From NCBI GenBank assembly GCA_965649825.1, contig OZ287698.1, forward strand, positions 883,949 through 947,948: DNA of 64,000 nucleotides, read 5' to 3'. The notes beneath the pieces are model-generated. The model saw only the letters and a program-made list of their open reading frames with translations, did no database searches and was not told the DNA's origin. The translations under genes were made by a program, and so were the position numbers. This document shows, in pieces, positions 36,033 through 49,000 of this stretch. The first letter of the stretch is position 1. Every line of letters begins with the position of its first letter. Source of the DNA: Penicillus capitatus. Its lineage: Eukaryota; Plantae; Chlorophyta.

Positions 36033-38400
36033 GTGCCGCAGACCGGAGCTCCAACTCGCAAGCCGTCTGATCTCTTGGCAGAAGCTTATGCTCTCTCCAA
36101 TCCACGGGATCTTGCCTATTGGCAGCCAGAAGAGAGTATGCCTTACAAGTTCCTGACAGAGACTTTTGATCGGATCGAGGCGACGACGAAGAGACTGGAA
36201 ATCGCGCAGCATCTGACGGAGTGCTATCGATGCATATTAGAAATGACATCAACAGATCTGCTCCCTGCCATCTACCTCTGCATCAACAAGGTGGGACCAG
36301 CCCACGAAGGATTGAAACTCGGCGTCGGGGACTCGATCTTGATCAAAGCCATAGTGAATACGAGCGGAAGAGGTGGCATTGACACAATCCGTGAACATTA
36401 CGAGGCGTGGGGAGATCTGGGATCGGTGGCTATGTCTCGAAAGAAAGGACAAGCTCGACTGGTGGCCTGCGACAATCTATCCATCTCGGGCGTCTTCAGA
36501 AGGTTTTTGGCCATCGCCAAAAATGCTGGCGATGAATCACAGGAGCGAAAGAGACGCAGCATCGAGAATCTGCTCAATGCAGCTAGAGACTCCGAAGTAA
36601 AGTTCATCACGAGATCGCTTCAAGTAATTCTGTCGATCGAATAAAGTCTGTACAGTCCGGTATGTGCGAGGTGTGGTCTACAGGGGAAACTGAGAATTGG
36701 ACTGGCCGAGCAGACGGTGTTACAATCCATTGGACAAGCTCTCTTTCTGCATCGAACGGCCTCGAAGGACCAAAGCACACTCATGCAGAGAATGGAGGAG
36801 GCTGTGGACAGAGTTAAACAAGTTTACGGCACCTGTCTGTCCTATGACAAGGTGCCCAATCATTTTGGTCGAGTGGTTTTAAGAGGAGACGATATGTCTA
36901 GATGATTCCACGTATGCTTGAGCATGGATTGGACGGTTTAGAGGAGCATGTGTCATTTGCGCCAAGCATTCTGGTTCAGCCAATGCTCGCCAAGCCAACG
37001 ACTGGTATTTTGGAAGTGCTGGAAAGGTTCACCGACGCACCTTTCGCCTGAGAGTTCAAGTACGATGGTGAAGGATCTCAGATCCACGTTCTGCCAGACA
37101 GTAAGTCTCCTGCATCTCGGCAACGGATCAAACGCTTTGTCTTCATGCAGAGACATTACTGATCTACTCACGCAACTCGGAGAATACTACCGGGAAGTAT
37201 CCAGACATCGTCCAGCAGATTCAATAACATCTGAAGCCAGAATGTTTCATGGGGTATGTCATGTGCGGATCCCATGTAAAATCGCCATTTATGTATATCT
37301 GAGGCCAGAACTCCAATCCGTCGTGCTGGACTCCGAGACAGTCTCATTCGATGCACGAGCGCAGAAGACCTGCATTTTCAGACACTATCCCGTTGCGTGC
37401 GAAAACACTCATGATTCGTGTTCTTTTCGCAAGAACTAAGGACAAGAGCACGCAAGCATGTCACATTGGACAGCATCAAGGTCCCTGTTTGCGTCTTCTG
37501 CTTCGACTGCCTTTACTTGAATGGAGAATCATTGCTGGAACGACCACTCACAGAGAGAACAGCGTCCCTCTACAACGCTGTCAATACAGAACTGGGTGTC
37601 ATCCAATTCGCAGAGCACCGAGTGTCCACCGACGTCGAGGAATTGCAGGTTTTCTTCTCTTGCTGCCTAGCTGTCTTATCAGTCTCGCACCTATGCGTTA
37701 GCATTTCCTAGACCTGGCCGTCAAAGGCGGTACAGAAGGACTGATCGTGAAGACACTCGACGGCAGCTACGAGCCATCGAAGCGCTCTGTCAACTGGCTG
37801 AAATTGAAGAAGGATTACTTGGATGGAATGGGGTGATCTGTTCCATCTCGTGGTCATTGGAGCGCGGCGTGGAAAGGGAAAGAGAACTGGTGTCTTCGGT
37901 TCGTTTCTGCTTGCCGTATACGATCCGATCAAAGAGCAGTACCAGAGCATCACAAAGATCGGAACAGGTTTCTCCGAAGAAGATATGGAAACGACACGCG
38001 AAATCTCAGAGCATTGGAAACCTCGGGGCCAGCATCCAACTACAGGTGTCTCGTTTGCAGTAAGCCGTGCACCCATCTCTCTTGTCCTGTAGATATGGCG
38101 AGGCAGTTGCGCCAGATGTGTGGTTTGAAGGCAAGATGGTTTGGGAGGTCAAAGCAGCCGATCTGTCTTTGAATGCCGTACATCAGGCCGCATTCGGTAT
38201 TCTTGACGAGACCATTGGTGTCGATCTATCAATGACAAGTCACGTATTGTGCGAACGCGATTTGTCGTGATAGGGATATCTATTCGGATTCCACGTTAAT
38301 AAGGGTACGGGATGACAAGTCTGCGACAGATCCGATGACAACTGATAAACTGGTCGAGATGTATAACAAACAGAGAATGGTCCGAAAAATTGTTGCCATG
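36033..38400 (+). pseudogene. LIG1: DNA ligase I pseudogene (nearly full length, multi-exon)
   Basis: [65 protein letters not shown] and KIGTGFS. In-frame TGA at 37049-37051 and TAA at 37225-37227, plus frameshifts near FQTLS and DYLDGMG. Confidence 0.9.
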
Positions 38401-38454
38401 CCATCGAGATTGGACTTTCACAAACAACCAAACAGACTTGTGTCTTCAGATAAG

Positions 38455-41400
38455 TTATAGATGCTCTAACAATCCAGCAAACTTTTCGGCAAACTCTTTT
38501 TTCAAAAAGCTAACAAAAGAGTTAACATTATCTTTACACCATCCTCCAACTGCTCGTGATAGAGTTGTGTGAAAGACAAAGTTAACTGTTCTACGTTGTG
38601 CATGGGGTTCCAACGTAAATGTATGCTGTATGAAGAAGAAAGAAAGGCCTTCCTTACAGACAGAAAGAATTGACATCGCCGAAACGACAAGCTTCTCGGG
38701 ATCTATGCTGTTGCTCAATGATGTTCTTGCAGCATCACGCACGTCTTCGTCTTCGTCGACGCATCCGTTCGCCAGCCACGGCAGAACCTTTCCGGCGTGC
38801 TGCGGCGCCGCGGCGACGACGCTTCCGATGGCCTCCATCGCCGCACGACGCACGTCTCTGTCGTCGTCGACGCACGCGTTCGCCAGCGCCGGCAGAACTT
38901 CTCCGGCGTGCTGAGGGGCCGCGGCGACGACGCTTTCGAATGCCTTTCCCGCCGTACGACGCACGTCTCTGTCGTCGTCGACGCACGCGTTCGCCAGCCA
39001 CGGCAGAACCTCTCCAGCGTGCTGAGGCGCCGCGGCGACGACGCTTCCGATGGCCTCCATCGCCGCAAGACGCACGGTCCAGTCTTCGTCGACGCATCCG
39101 TTCGCCAGCCACGGCAGAACCTCTCCGGCGTGCTGCGGCGCCGCGGCGACGACGCTTCGGATGGCGTACATCGTCTCAAGACGCACGTTTCCGTTTTCGT
39201 CGACGCATCCGTTCGCCAGCGCCGGCAGAACCTCTCCGGCGTGCTGCGGCGCCGCGGCGACGACGCTTCGGATGGCGTACATCGTCTCAAGACGCACGTT
39301 TCCGTTTTCGTCGACGCATCCGTTCGCCAGCGCCGGCAGAACCTCTCCGGCGTGCTGCGGCGCCGCGGAGACGACGCTTCGGATGGCGTACATCGTCTCA
39401 AGACGCACGTTTCCGTTTTCGTCGACGCATCCGTTCGCCAGCGCCGGCAGAACCTCTCCGGCGTGCTGCGGCGCCGCGGCGACGACGCTTTCGAATGCTT
39501 TTCTCGCCGCACGACGAACGTCTCCGTCTTCGTCGACGCATCCGTTCGCCAGCGCCGGCAGAACCTCTCCGGCGTGCTGCGGCGCCGCGGCGACGACGCT
39601 TCCGATGGCCTCCATTGCCGCACGACGCACGTTTCCGTTTTCGTCGACGCATCCGTCCGCCAGCTCCGGCAGAACCTCTCCGGCGTGCTGCGGCGCCGCG
39701 GCGACGACGCTTCCGATGGCTTCCATCGCCGCACGACGCACGGTCCAGTCTTCGTCGACGCATCCGTCCGCCAGCGCCCGCAGAACCTTTCCGGCGTTCT
39801 GCGGCGCCGCGGCGACGACGCTTCGGATGGCGTACATCGTCTCAAGACGCACGTTTCCGTTTTCGTCGACGCATCCGTCCGCCAGCTCCGGCAGAACCTC
39901 TCCGGCGTGCTGCGGCGCCGCGGCGACGACGCTTCCGATGGCTTCCATCGCCGCACGACGCACGGTCCAGTCTTCGTCGACGCATCCGTTCGCCAGCCAC
40001 GGCAGAACCTTTCCGGCGTGCTGCGGCGCCGCGGCGACGACGCTTCCGATGGCGTACATCGTCTCAAGACGCACGTTTCCGTCTTCGTCGACGCACGCGT
40101 TCGCCAGCGCCGGCAGAACCTCTCCGGCGTGCTGCGTCGCCGCGGCGACGACGCTTCCGATGGCCTCCATCGCCGCACGACCAACGTTTCCGTCTTCGTC
40201 GACGCACGCGTTCGCCAGCGCCGGCAGAACCTCTCCGGCGTGCTGCGGCGCCGCAGCGACGACGCTTTCGAATGCCTTTCTCGCCGCACGACGCACGTCT
40301 CTGTCTTCGTCGACGCACGCGTTCGCCAGCGCCGGCAGAACCTCTCCGGCGTGCTGCGGTGCCGCGGCGACGACGCTTTCGAATGCCTTTCTCGCCGCAC
40401 GACGCACGTTTCCGTTTTCGTCGACGCACGCGTTCGCCAGCGCCGGCAGAACCTCTCCGGCGTGCTGCGGCGCCGCGGCGATGACGCTTCCGATGGCGTG
40501 CATCGTCTCAAGACGCACGTCTCTGTCTTCGTCGACGCACGCGTTCGCCAGCGCCGGCAGAACCTCTCCGGCGTGCTGCGGCGCCGCGGCGATGACGCTT
40601 CCGATGGCGTGCATCGTCTCAAGACGCACGTCTCTGTCTTCGTCGACGCACCCTTTCGCCAGCGCCGGCAGAACCTCTCCGGCGTGCTGCGGCGCCGCGG
40701 CGACGACGCTTCCGATGGCCTCCATCGCCGCACGACGAACGTCTCCGTCTTCGTCGACGCACCCTTTCGCCAGCGCCGGCAGAACCTCTCCGGCGTGCTG
40801 CGGCGCCGCGGCGACGACGCTTTCGAATGCTTTTCTCGCCGCACGACGCACGGTCCAGTCTTCGTCGACGCATCCGTCCGCCAGCGCCCGCAGAACCTTT
40901 CCGGCGTTCTGCGGCGCCGCGGCGACGACGCTTCCGATGGCCTCCATCGCCGCACGACGCACGGTCCAGTCTTCGTCGACGCATCTGTTCGCCAGCCACG
41001 GCAGAACCTCTCCGGCGTGCTGCGGCGCCTTGGCGACGACGCTTGTTATGGCGTGCATCGCCGCACGACGCACGTTTCCGTTTTCGTCGACGCACGCGTT
41101 TGCCAGCTCCGGCAGAACCTCTCCGGCGTGCTCGGGGATTTGTTCTGCGATAGCACATAACCTTCTGATGCGCTCCTTTTTATTGCACGATTCACCAGGT
41201 TGTTTTGCCAGTTGCAATGCGAATTGGATTATCATGCAACTTTGCTTTGGTGATTGCCTTGCAAGTTTTAAGACATCTGTGACTGTCTTCATTGCCTTCC
41301 ATTTTAATTCGTTCGAGATTTGAAGAGTTTTCTTTACTTTTTCGATCGTCTCATCCAGAACTTGAGGGAATCCTCTCAAAACACATGAGAATTGTCGGAA

Positions 41401-44400
41401 CTCTTCGACCACGATTTTACGAATCAGATCATCGTCGAGAGTCCGCTCGAGGAGTTGACGAGCGCCTGCGGCGAGCTTGATTGCTCGTTCGTCGTTGAGG
41501 AAATCTTCCATGTCTTTCTCATCCGTTTCCTCCAAGGTTGCCTCGAGAACTCGCATCTTCAAGAAGAAGTGCTGTATCCCAAGAACCTCAATGGGGTCCT
41601 CGTCGACAACCGAGAGCATCTCTTTCAGCGCAGATTTGCTTCGTTCTTGCGCTAAAGCGTGCATTGCGAAGGATAGTGTTAAGGCATTCTTCTGACTGTA
41701 TTTTCCTTCTCGAATGAAATTACGCACTCGTTTTTCTTGATTCGATCCTTTGTTTTGCAAGCTTCTGGCAATGAATTTTCCAGCAAAATACTCCTGAAAT
41801 GTGAGATGTGGAAACTGATACTGTTGTCCCTCCATAACCAGCAGGAGAAATCCGCTTTCTTTGAAGAGTGCCGTCGTGTTTGTGGACGTTGCATTGTTCT
41901 CGACGATGCTCTCTTCGATCAATATCTGTCCACTCCAAAACGCTACGAAGGCAATCTTTTCCAAATCCTCGAAAACGAAGTTCTTGTTCGCCGTTATTGC
42001 TTCGGGCCTTTCCTTGAACATCTCCTTGAACCTCTTCCATACAAAGTTCGTCATGTTGCGGTAGATTTGAAACATGCTTGCCCTCTTCCCTCGATCCTCG
42101 ACGGCCGTCCCATGTTCTCTCGACAAGGAGCAGAGAATGTGGGCCGTCACAGGAGTGTGCGCGGTCTCCCACATGCCTCGATCTTGTTCCAAAGAACGGA
42201 TGAGCCTCGAAGCTTCATCTTGCTCAAGTTCTCTGTGCACGTAGTTTCTCAGCTGCTGGTCGTTGAATCCGCGGCACTCGAACTGGCAATCGACACTTGC
42301 TCGTATCTGTTGGAGATTGTACGGTCGCGTCAGTATCAGCAGCTTGCACAAACGATCCTCTGCCGCACGAACAAGCTCTCTTGCGTCGTCGCCAGCTTCA
42401 TCCAACCCGTCGAACATCAACAGAGTTGTGGGAGAATTGAGGTCGCCTTCGACTTGAGTCAAGAGATCTGAGTATTCGACGTCGTCTCTTTCGCCGAAGC
42501 ACACTTGTGCAATTACGCCCTTCAACGTTATTCCCTGTGAGCTTTTGGACTTTGCGACGTTGACCCGTCTGATCGGAACGACGTAGATGACTTCGAACTC
42601 TCGCATGATTTCCCCGATTGCCCACTTGTGTGCAAGGACTTTGCTGATGCACGTTTTTCCAGAGCCAGGGTTTCCGTAGAGAAGGACCCTTCTGACTTCG
42701 CTTTCCGGGTCGCCCGGTTTCAAACATCTTGGCTTGAACAGTTCCTCCAGAGGAACGGGCGTTGTGACCTTTTTCTTCTGTTCGTAGTGATCCCATGGGT
42801 GATCTTTTTTACGACTTGACGAATGTTTGACTTTCCCCTCCTCTTTTCGGTCTTCTCTTTTATCGATCGTCGTCTCTTCGACGATCTCTTCGTACGCTAC
42901 GACGTAATGCTCCATTTCTTTTACGTGATGTCCGACTTTCGTTCCGAGCAAAGATGGCACCTTCAAAACGAAAGTGATCCTGCTTTTATCGACACACCAT
43001 CAGAGAGACTGCTTACTTTGGCGAAGCTGTCATGCTTGTATCTTTCTTTCAGATCTTTGACGTTGGACCGAAGTGTGTCCAAGGGGACGTATCCAACAGT
43101 CCGAGCGATCTTGACGAAAATGCTCTTGCGCTCTGGGCACGCATGTTGCTGATGTCGCATCTCAAGCTTGTGTTCCATGGCATCGTCACTTAGCCACACC
43201 CTAAACGTGCTTCCAGCACGACCCTCGCAAGATCGTTGCATCTGCCAAAACGCTTCGGCCGTTTCTCGATTGTCGCCGCTCGCTGTGTGGATTTCGTGAA
43301 GGGCATCGAGGAACGCTGTAAAGATGTCCGCGTCGTCAAACCACTCCTCAAAGATCGCGCGGCTCGCCGTCAACGTCAGAAGCTTCTTCGCGGCTTCTCT
43401 ACGCACGATCTCGGAGGAAGTCTGGCTCGCCAGCTGCCTCGTCTCCTGGAGGATGCCGAATCTCAGTGCCTTCAGGTCATCTCCTTTCATCGTCGTTCGT
43501 TGCGATTCCATTGCAGCATCGTATTCGGACACGAAAAGCGGAAGCTTTGTTTCGTCCTTCGACGATTCGAGTCTCGCCGCCATCAGAGTCCGAAGCACGT
43601 CAAACCAGGGCCTTCTGGACACGCCAAATGCAACAGTCTCTCGTCGGAGTCTACTGAATGCGTTCGTGATGGCCGCGGGATCGATATCAAGGCTCAACAG
43701 ATTTCTGAAACAGTGAAAGACGTGCAGGAATCCGCACAATCCGCACCACATCGCTTGCGTGACCTGGGAGGAAGGGTCCTTAAGCTTGAGACGCTCCAAT
43801 GCTTGCCGAAGGACTTCGAAGTGGAACTTCACAGGGTAGCACTCGTTCAAGGGGTCTATCTCTTTCTGCTTCTCTGCGATGGATCGACGGAGCTCTTTCT
43901 TCTCTTCTTCGCGGATGCCGATACGATTGGCTTCGTGGACTAGATAAAGGGCTTGATGAAGTGCAAGAAAAGTCGCTTCTCGATCGGCGCAGTTCTCGGC
44001 AGATAGCTTCGGTTCTGGAGAGAGGCTGCTCAAGAGTTTCTTCGCAACGAACACTAGCTCCGCGACGCCGCCACACAAAAAAGGATCGACGTGCACGAGC
44101 GCTCTGTGGAGAGCAACGGCGAAGTCCGGTTTCAGATACTCCCCTTGGCGGACACAGGAACAGAGGGTGCGGACTAAGCTCCTCAGAAGGCCTTTGTCGT
44201 GCACAGAACGTGGTGCGATTTTTGTCAACTCCGAGTACTCGAGGACGGCTCGCGGTTTGAGACAGTCCTCACTTTGTTCGTCGTACTCGAGCAACCAACC
44301 GAGCAGGACAGCGCGTTCGCTGTTATCCGTCGCCGCGTTGTACGCTTCGACAAGCGACTTCGTGCTGTCGATGTTGCGTTTCAGAGCGATGGTGCGCAGA

Positions 44401-44516
44401 AACTTCGGGTCATAGCGTCCTGCCGCGGTCGAGTCCTCGACGACGGGTTGGCCGGCAGTTTGCGATGCGGATATCCCAATGTCGCTGGGACCTTCGTCGG
44501 GAGCCTGAGCTTGCAT
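38455..44516 (-). CDS. NLR-like STAND NTPase: ~500-aa helical N-terminal domain, NACHT, HEAT-repeat array (~2000 aa, one intron)
   Basis: Exon 44516-43017, GT-AG intron 43016-42961, exon 42960-38455. Walker A GNPGSGKT, Walker B LLMFDGLDE, LILTRP, winged-helix FPHLTFQEYFAG. The ORF is open across 4.5 kb. The start at MQAQAP is chosen from context. Confidence 0.9.
38764..41094 (-). repeat. 21 exact-length 111-bp tandem repeats encoding 37-aa HEAT-like units
   Basis: Consensus CVDExxxVRxxxxxAxxSVVAAAPQHAGEVLPALANx. The first Cys codon is at 41094 and the 22nd (partial) at 38763, a difference of exactly 21 x 111 bp. Confidence 0.97.
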
Positions 44517-45029
44517 GTTTGGTTTCAATCTGCAGAACACGACGGCGCCGTTTAGTTCGACGCCAGGGACAAACCCACTTACCGGCGTTCGTGGTTCGTA
44601 GTTCGCAGCAAAGTTCGCAACGGATAGGATAAATCGGACGCTCTCATTAGCGTTAACACTAAATGACAGCGACAAATTTGACGTCATCTCGGAAGCAGAG
44701 ATCCCAGTTCCTGTTACCGTCCTCTAGACGGATGTTAAACTCGATGCTTTATCAGTGCTCTCGTTTCCGAACGTGAAGAAGTTTTGCAGCAGTGCATATC
44801 TGTATCGACGTCGTAGAGAGAGCAACAGACATCTGCTGTGCTTACGAGGGCGGTAGATCGAATTCAAGTTAGCACGCCATGAATAGTAGGCATTTTCTGT
44901 GAACACCATTATAGTTGTCGAGATTGTTGCCGAAGACAGAATTCAGCGTAGACTCCCAGTCAATAAGAAATCAAGAGTATAAATCTCTTCTTCGCACTGC
45001 CTTCGTCGATTGTCGGCAAGAAACAATAC

Positions 45030-45960
45030 GTTCTTCGTTTATCCTTGTCGATCACACAGGTGATTCGTCTGATCCGATTGTCTGAGCGGAGGAATCGCTC
45101 TGCAGGGTTGACAGATCGGAGGATGGAGATGGGTCGTCTGTTTTGTCGCCCCATCCTTCTCTCCAAGTCCGAAGAAGACAGATCCGTCACCGGCGTGCTG
45201 GCTTCTTTGCTTCTTCCCTTTGATGCGAGCTTTCTGGGTGTCTGGTGTATCCTCTGTGTGATCCAGATTGGCCTACATATTTTCGTGCTGCTTGTTCTCT
45301 GAGGTTTGCTCACCGCTGCAGCAGTTACGCAAGGTGTGTCTCATCTGCGGCCGTCTGATCGGCGGTCATTGTCTTGAGAGATTTAAGCGCCTTCTGCTGT
45401 TCCACTTCTGCTTCGATCTCGCATGGTCGCCCGGTACTCCAGGAACAGCTCTCTGCGTCGGTTCTCAGGGAGTGCCTGGTAACGCCGATCGTCGTAGATC
45501 CAGCGCTCGTTGTGCGGCCACGATGATGATCTTCGAATGGCAGGCTGAGTTTCTGGTAAGTGATCGAGAGTGATGGACGGAACAGATATGAGGGAGCTCA
45601 CCTCTCAGGAGAATCCTGAAATCGATAGCTGCTTCCTCCAGTGATGCCTTCTCTGTGGCTCTCTGATGCTGTTCTGTCCTCACACTCTCCAACATCTGTC
45701 GACGTTTCTCTGCATCTTCAACGGTAAGGAAGGACTTCTCTTTATTCGACGATATAGCGATGTCCTGCAAAGACGTGAGTTTTCTTTCTTCTTTTTGCAG
45801 TTCCTTCACTGACGCCTCTTCCTAGGAAACTTGAGACTACAGCTTCTTCACCGTTGTCATCTACGTTTCGACGACCCGATTCGGAATCCTACTCTCCAGA
45901 TCGAAGAGTTTTCGAGAGTTTCTGCGCCACGGGTTTAACATCGACTTCTGTTCCTTTGTT
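45030..45960 (-). pseudogene. FF-domain (TCERG1/PRP40-like) gene remnant
   Basis: WPHNERWIYDDRRYQALPENRRRELFLEY is FF-like. The next frame needs a 2-nt correction to read MREIEAEVEQQKALK, and an in-frame TAA follows. Confidence 0.5.
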
Positions 45961-46078
45961 TCTGGCTCCCTAAAAAACCGTGTGCAAGTATCCCGAAGAA
46001 GCGACCAAGTTCCGTGCAGGTCGAAATGAGAGATCCATTCGCAGCCGCTAGGACACGGCGCCAAAAGCCGTCCCTGAT

Positions 46079-49000
46079 ATGATGGCCGAGCGTCTTGACT
46101 GCAACGCGGATACAAATCACGACAATGACACACGTGGGTATGTTCGTTCTGGGAATCGTCTGTTGAACCGGCTGTCGTTGTTGATGGACGCCACCGAGAC
46201 TTCTGACCTCTTCCCGGTCGCAACGGACAGAGAACACCTCCTGGCTTCCGTTTTCGGCCAGATCCCAGAATTTGCCGACCCAAAGAAGAAAGACGCCCTG
46301 CTTCAAACACAGGAGGAACCACTCAGCGCAGAAGAAGGTTGTTGGCGTATTTCAGCGACACAGGGGTTGAACTGCTGTTCGGTGTCACAGAGCGCCGCGT
46401 TGAAGCTTGTTACTGTGAATTGTACCTCGACAGCGTCTCCTTCGTTTCGGTTCAGCAACGCAACGGACCTCTGCTCTCATTGATACGTTCCACGGCACCC
46501 GGCAGCACGCTACCCGATGGGCTACAAGGCACAAACAACAATGAAAAAACCAGAAAGCGCAGAAACCGCAGGAGGCCTATTCGTATCCAAGAAAGATCCC
46601 TCAAGAAAGCGCGGAAGGCCGAGAGAATCGTACGCCTTGAAGATGTCAAAATGCAAGGGATGCAAGAGGTGAAGATGGAGGTCGATTCGAGATCTGCCGT
46701 GACGGCAACGACGGAAGGCACGGTGGAGATTCCTCGTCTCTTGGCTGAGGGATGCAAAACGGCGAGGGTGCAGGTTCCCCCAGCAGCCTGTTCGATCTTT
46801 GCAACGGTGTTCTTTTCGCTGCCTTATGATCTGGAAGAGGTGCGAAAGCAGATGCTGGCTCAGTTTCCCTCTCTCCCGGCTACGGAACGCCCTCAGATGA
46901 AGATCGAGGGAGATTCCAATGTCTCTCCTCTTCTGTCGTTTCCTGGAGTGGTACGAGACATGAGGCTCCTCTATCGAGTTTCGGATTCAGCGGGGCCTTA
47001 CTCTCCGACGTGGGAGAACAAGATCGATATGCGATGGCCTTTGTGCGAGAGAGAAATAAAGACAGAAATGTGCAGTAAAAGACGATGCCCTGCCCAACAC
47101 AAGAGAGACTATGAATTGACTCAGGAAGAGAAGCTGCAGTTCAGTCGTTCTGTGGGCGAAGTCGATCGCCAACGATTTATGGGACAGTCGACCTCCTTCC
47201 TGCATTGGCCTGTGCGATCCGCCGATAGAAGGTGCGAGTGGAGGAGATCCTCTAGAATACAAACATGGATGTGTAGTGTGAGGATCTTGAGAGATGACAT
47301 CCCATTGTACAAACGGAATCAAGAAGCGCCGATCCGAGAGTCAACCGCTCCCCTCCTTGCAACCCAGTCCAGTCTGCTCAGATCCGTTCAGCTCAATCTG
47401 GAGGATCTGAGGACAAGAGGCATACAGCTGTGCATGGATTACACAGCCGTGGATATCTTGAAGAATTTTCCAAGCCCGCAAGAAATCTCTTCTTCTCATC
47501 CAAGTCAATCTCCAAGAGAAAGCAGGTCAGAAACGTACAGTACTGGAAATGCATGATGCCTTGTGTGTTAGTGAGTTGTCCGATGTGGTCGACATATTGG
47601 AGGCGGCATTGGGCATGATCGAAGGGGGACAGTCTCTCAGTCTTGCTGCACGACAGGCAGCGACGAAGTTCCTCTCCAAAAAACTTGCGATCTATCCCCA
47701 CGAACGATTGCTGTGGCAACTCTATCTCGCTCTGTTCATGAGGGACGACACCGAAACCTGTCAGTCGAAACTGCATCAAGCTCAGTTGTGTACATCGATG
47801 TGTGGTCCTTGGTACCGAGCTGCTCTCATGCTGGCTGCCGTGAACCCGACACCCGATTCGAAGATTCTCACGCTGAGAGAGACCATTCAATCGATCACTG
47901 CACAGGCGGATCCGATATTCACGCCATCCCGTCTGTCAGAGTGCTGTCTGGATCTTGTGCTCAGAATTGTCCACGTTGAGCTCTCCACGACGAAGGGTCC
48001 ATTCAACCGATTGGTGGGTTGCTGATTTTTTCGGCGATGCCAAGGTGTGTTTTGACAGGGTGCCTTTAGCATGGACTCAATGTCCATTCTGACATCGATC
48101 GTGGACGGCAGACGGCCAAAGAAAAAGACAAGTCCGCAGAGAAAAGACATTCTCGATGTGCTCCCTGTCTTGTCCAACGATCTGGACCAGGCATACATCT
48201 TTGCGCTCTCTATGGCTCACGGAGCGATACACGGCAAACTCCCTTTGGAATTCGTCCACGCTCTTGGATTTCCAAAGCACTTAAAGATCATTGCGTGGCC
48301 ACGAAAAGTGAGCAGCCATCTGTGCAAACAATCACCGATCGAGCGAGCCGCTTAGGAACTGAATTCAGAGGAGACGCAAGCTGTTCAGACGATTCTCTCA
48401 TGGGCAACGATCGAAAAAGAAGACGACGCTGGATTCTTCTCATCTTCTGCGAAATCCCCGGGCGTCATCCAGGCAAAGCAGGTGCCATCGATCGAAACGA
48501 TCTCCAAGAGAACAACGCCATTTATGGGTCATAGGTCTTTGCCGCAAACGTGCTGCTTTTGCTTCAAGGATGCAAAGTGGCAGATGCCGTTAAATGTGTT
48601 AAAAACGTCTTCCGTGACTCTGTCGCCATTCTGCAAACAACGAACGAAACGCCCCATGTTCTGTTGACGGCGGCCAAGGTCCTGGATGCCGAAATTGCGG
48701 TCATGTCCCGAAGCAGCAAGCCCCAAACGAATCTTGGAAACGGCTATATCCTGGAGCAGATCATCGTCTCCTATTTGAACACTCACCAGATGGCGCTGCT
48801 CGAAGCTTGGCTGAAGATGGAGGACCTGCAAATTTCAGGCATGAGTCCTCGCGTTCAATTGGCTTTGTCAAGTTTCTATCTGTTGAATGGAGACTCTGAG
48901 AAATTCTTCGTCCGTGACGCCCCTGTGCCGGAGATCCATTATCAGACAGAAGACGAAGAAATACCTGTAGAGAAATCCTCATCGGCAGCCGATTCCGCAG

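Noticed and set aside
37049-37227. Alternative genetic code (TAA/TAG=Gln, as in some ulvophytes) explaining the LIG1 stops
   Set aside because: One stop is TGA, frameshifts co-occur, and intact genes end at TAA or TAG in the expected places (Sec1, Patched-like, YIPF).
38764-41094. CRISPR-like or TALE-like reading of the array
   Set aside because: There are no unique spacers and the array is in frame in a protein. The unit is a 37-aa HEAT repeat, not a 34-aa TALE repeat with a two-residue RVD.
38670-41323. Very long ORFs (604-787 aa) in the other frames over the repeat array
   Set aside because: They are shadows of a GC-rich 111-bp unit that lacks stops in several frames. The products are low-complexity R/A/S strings confined to the array.
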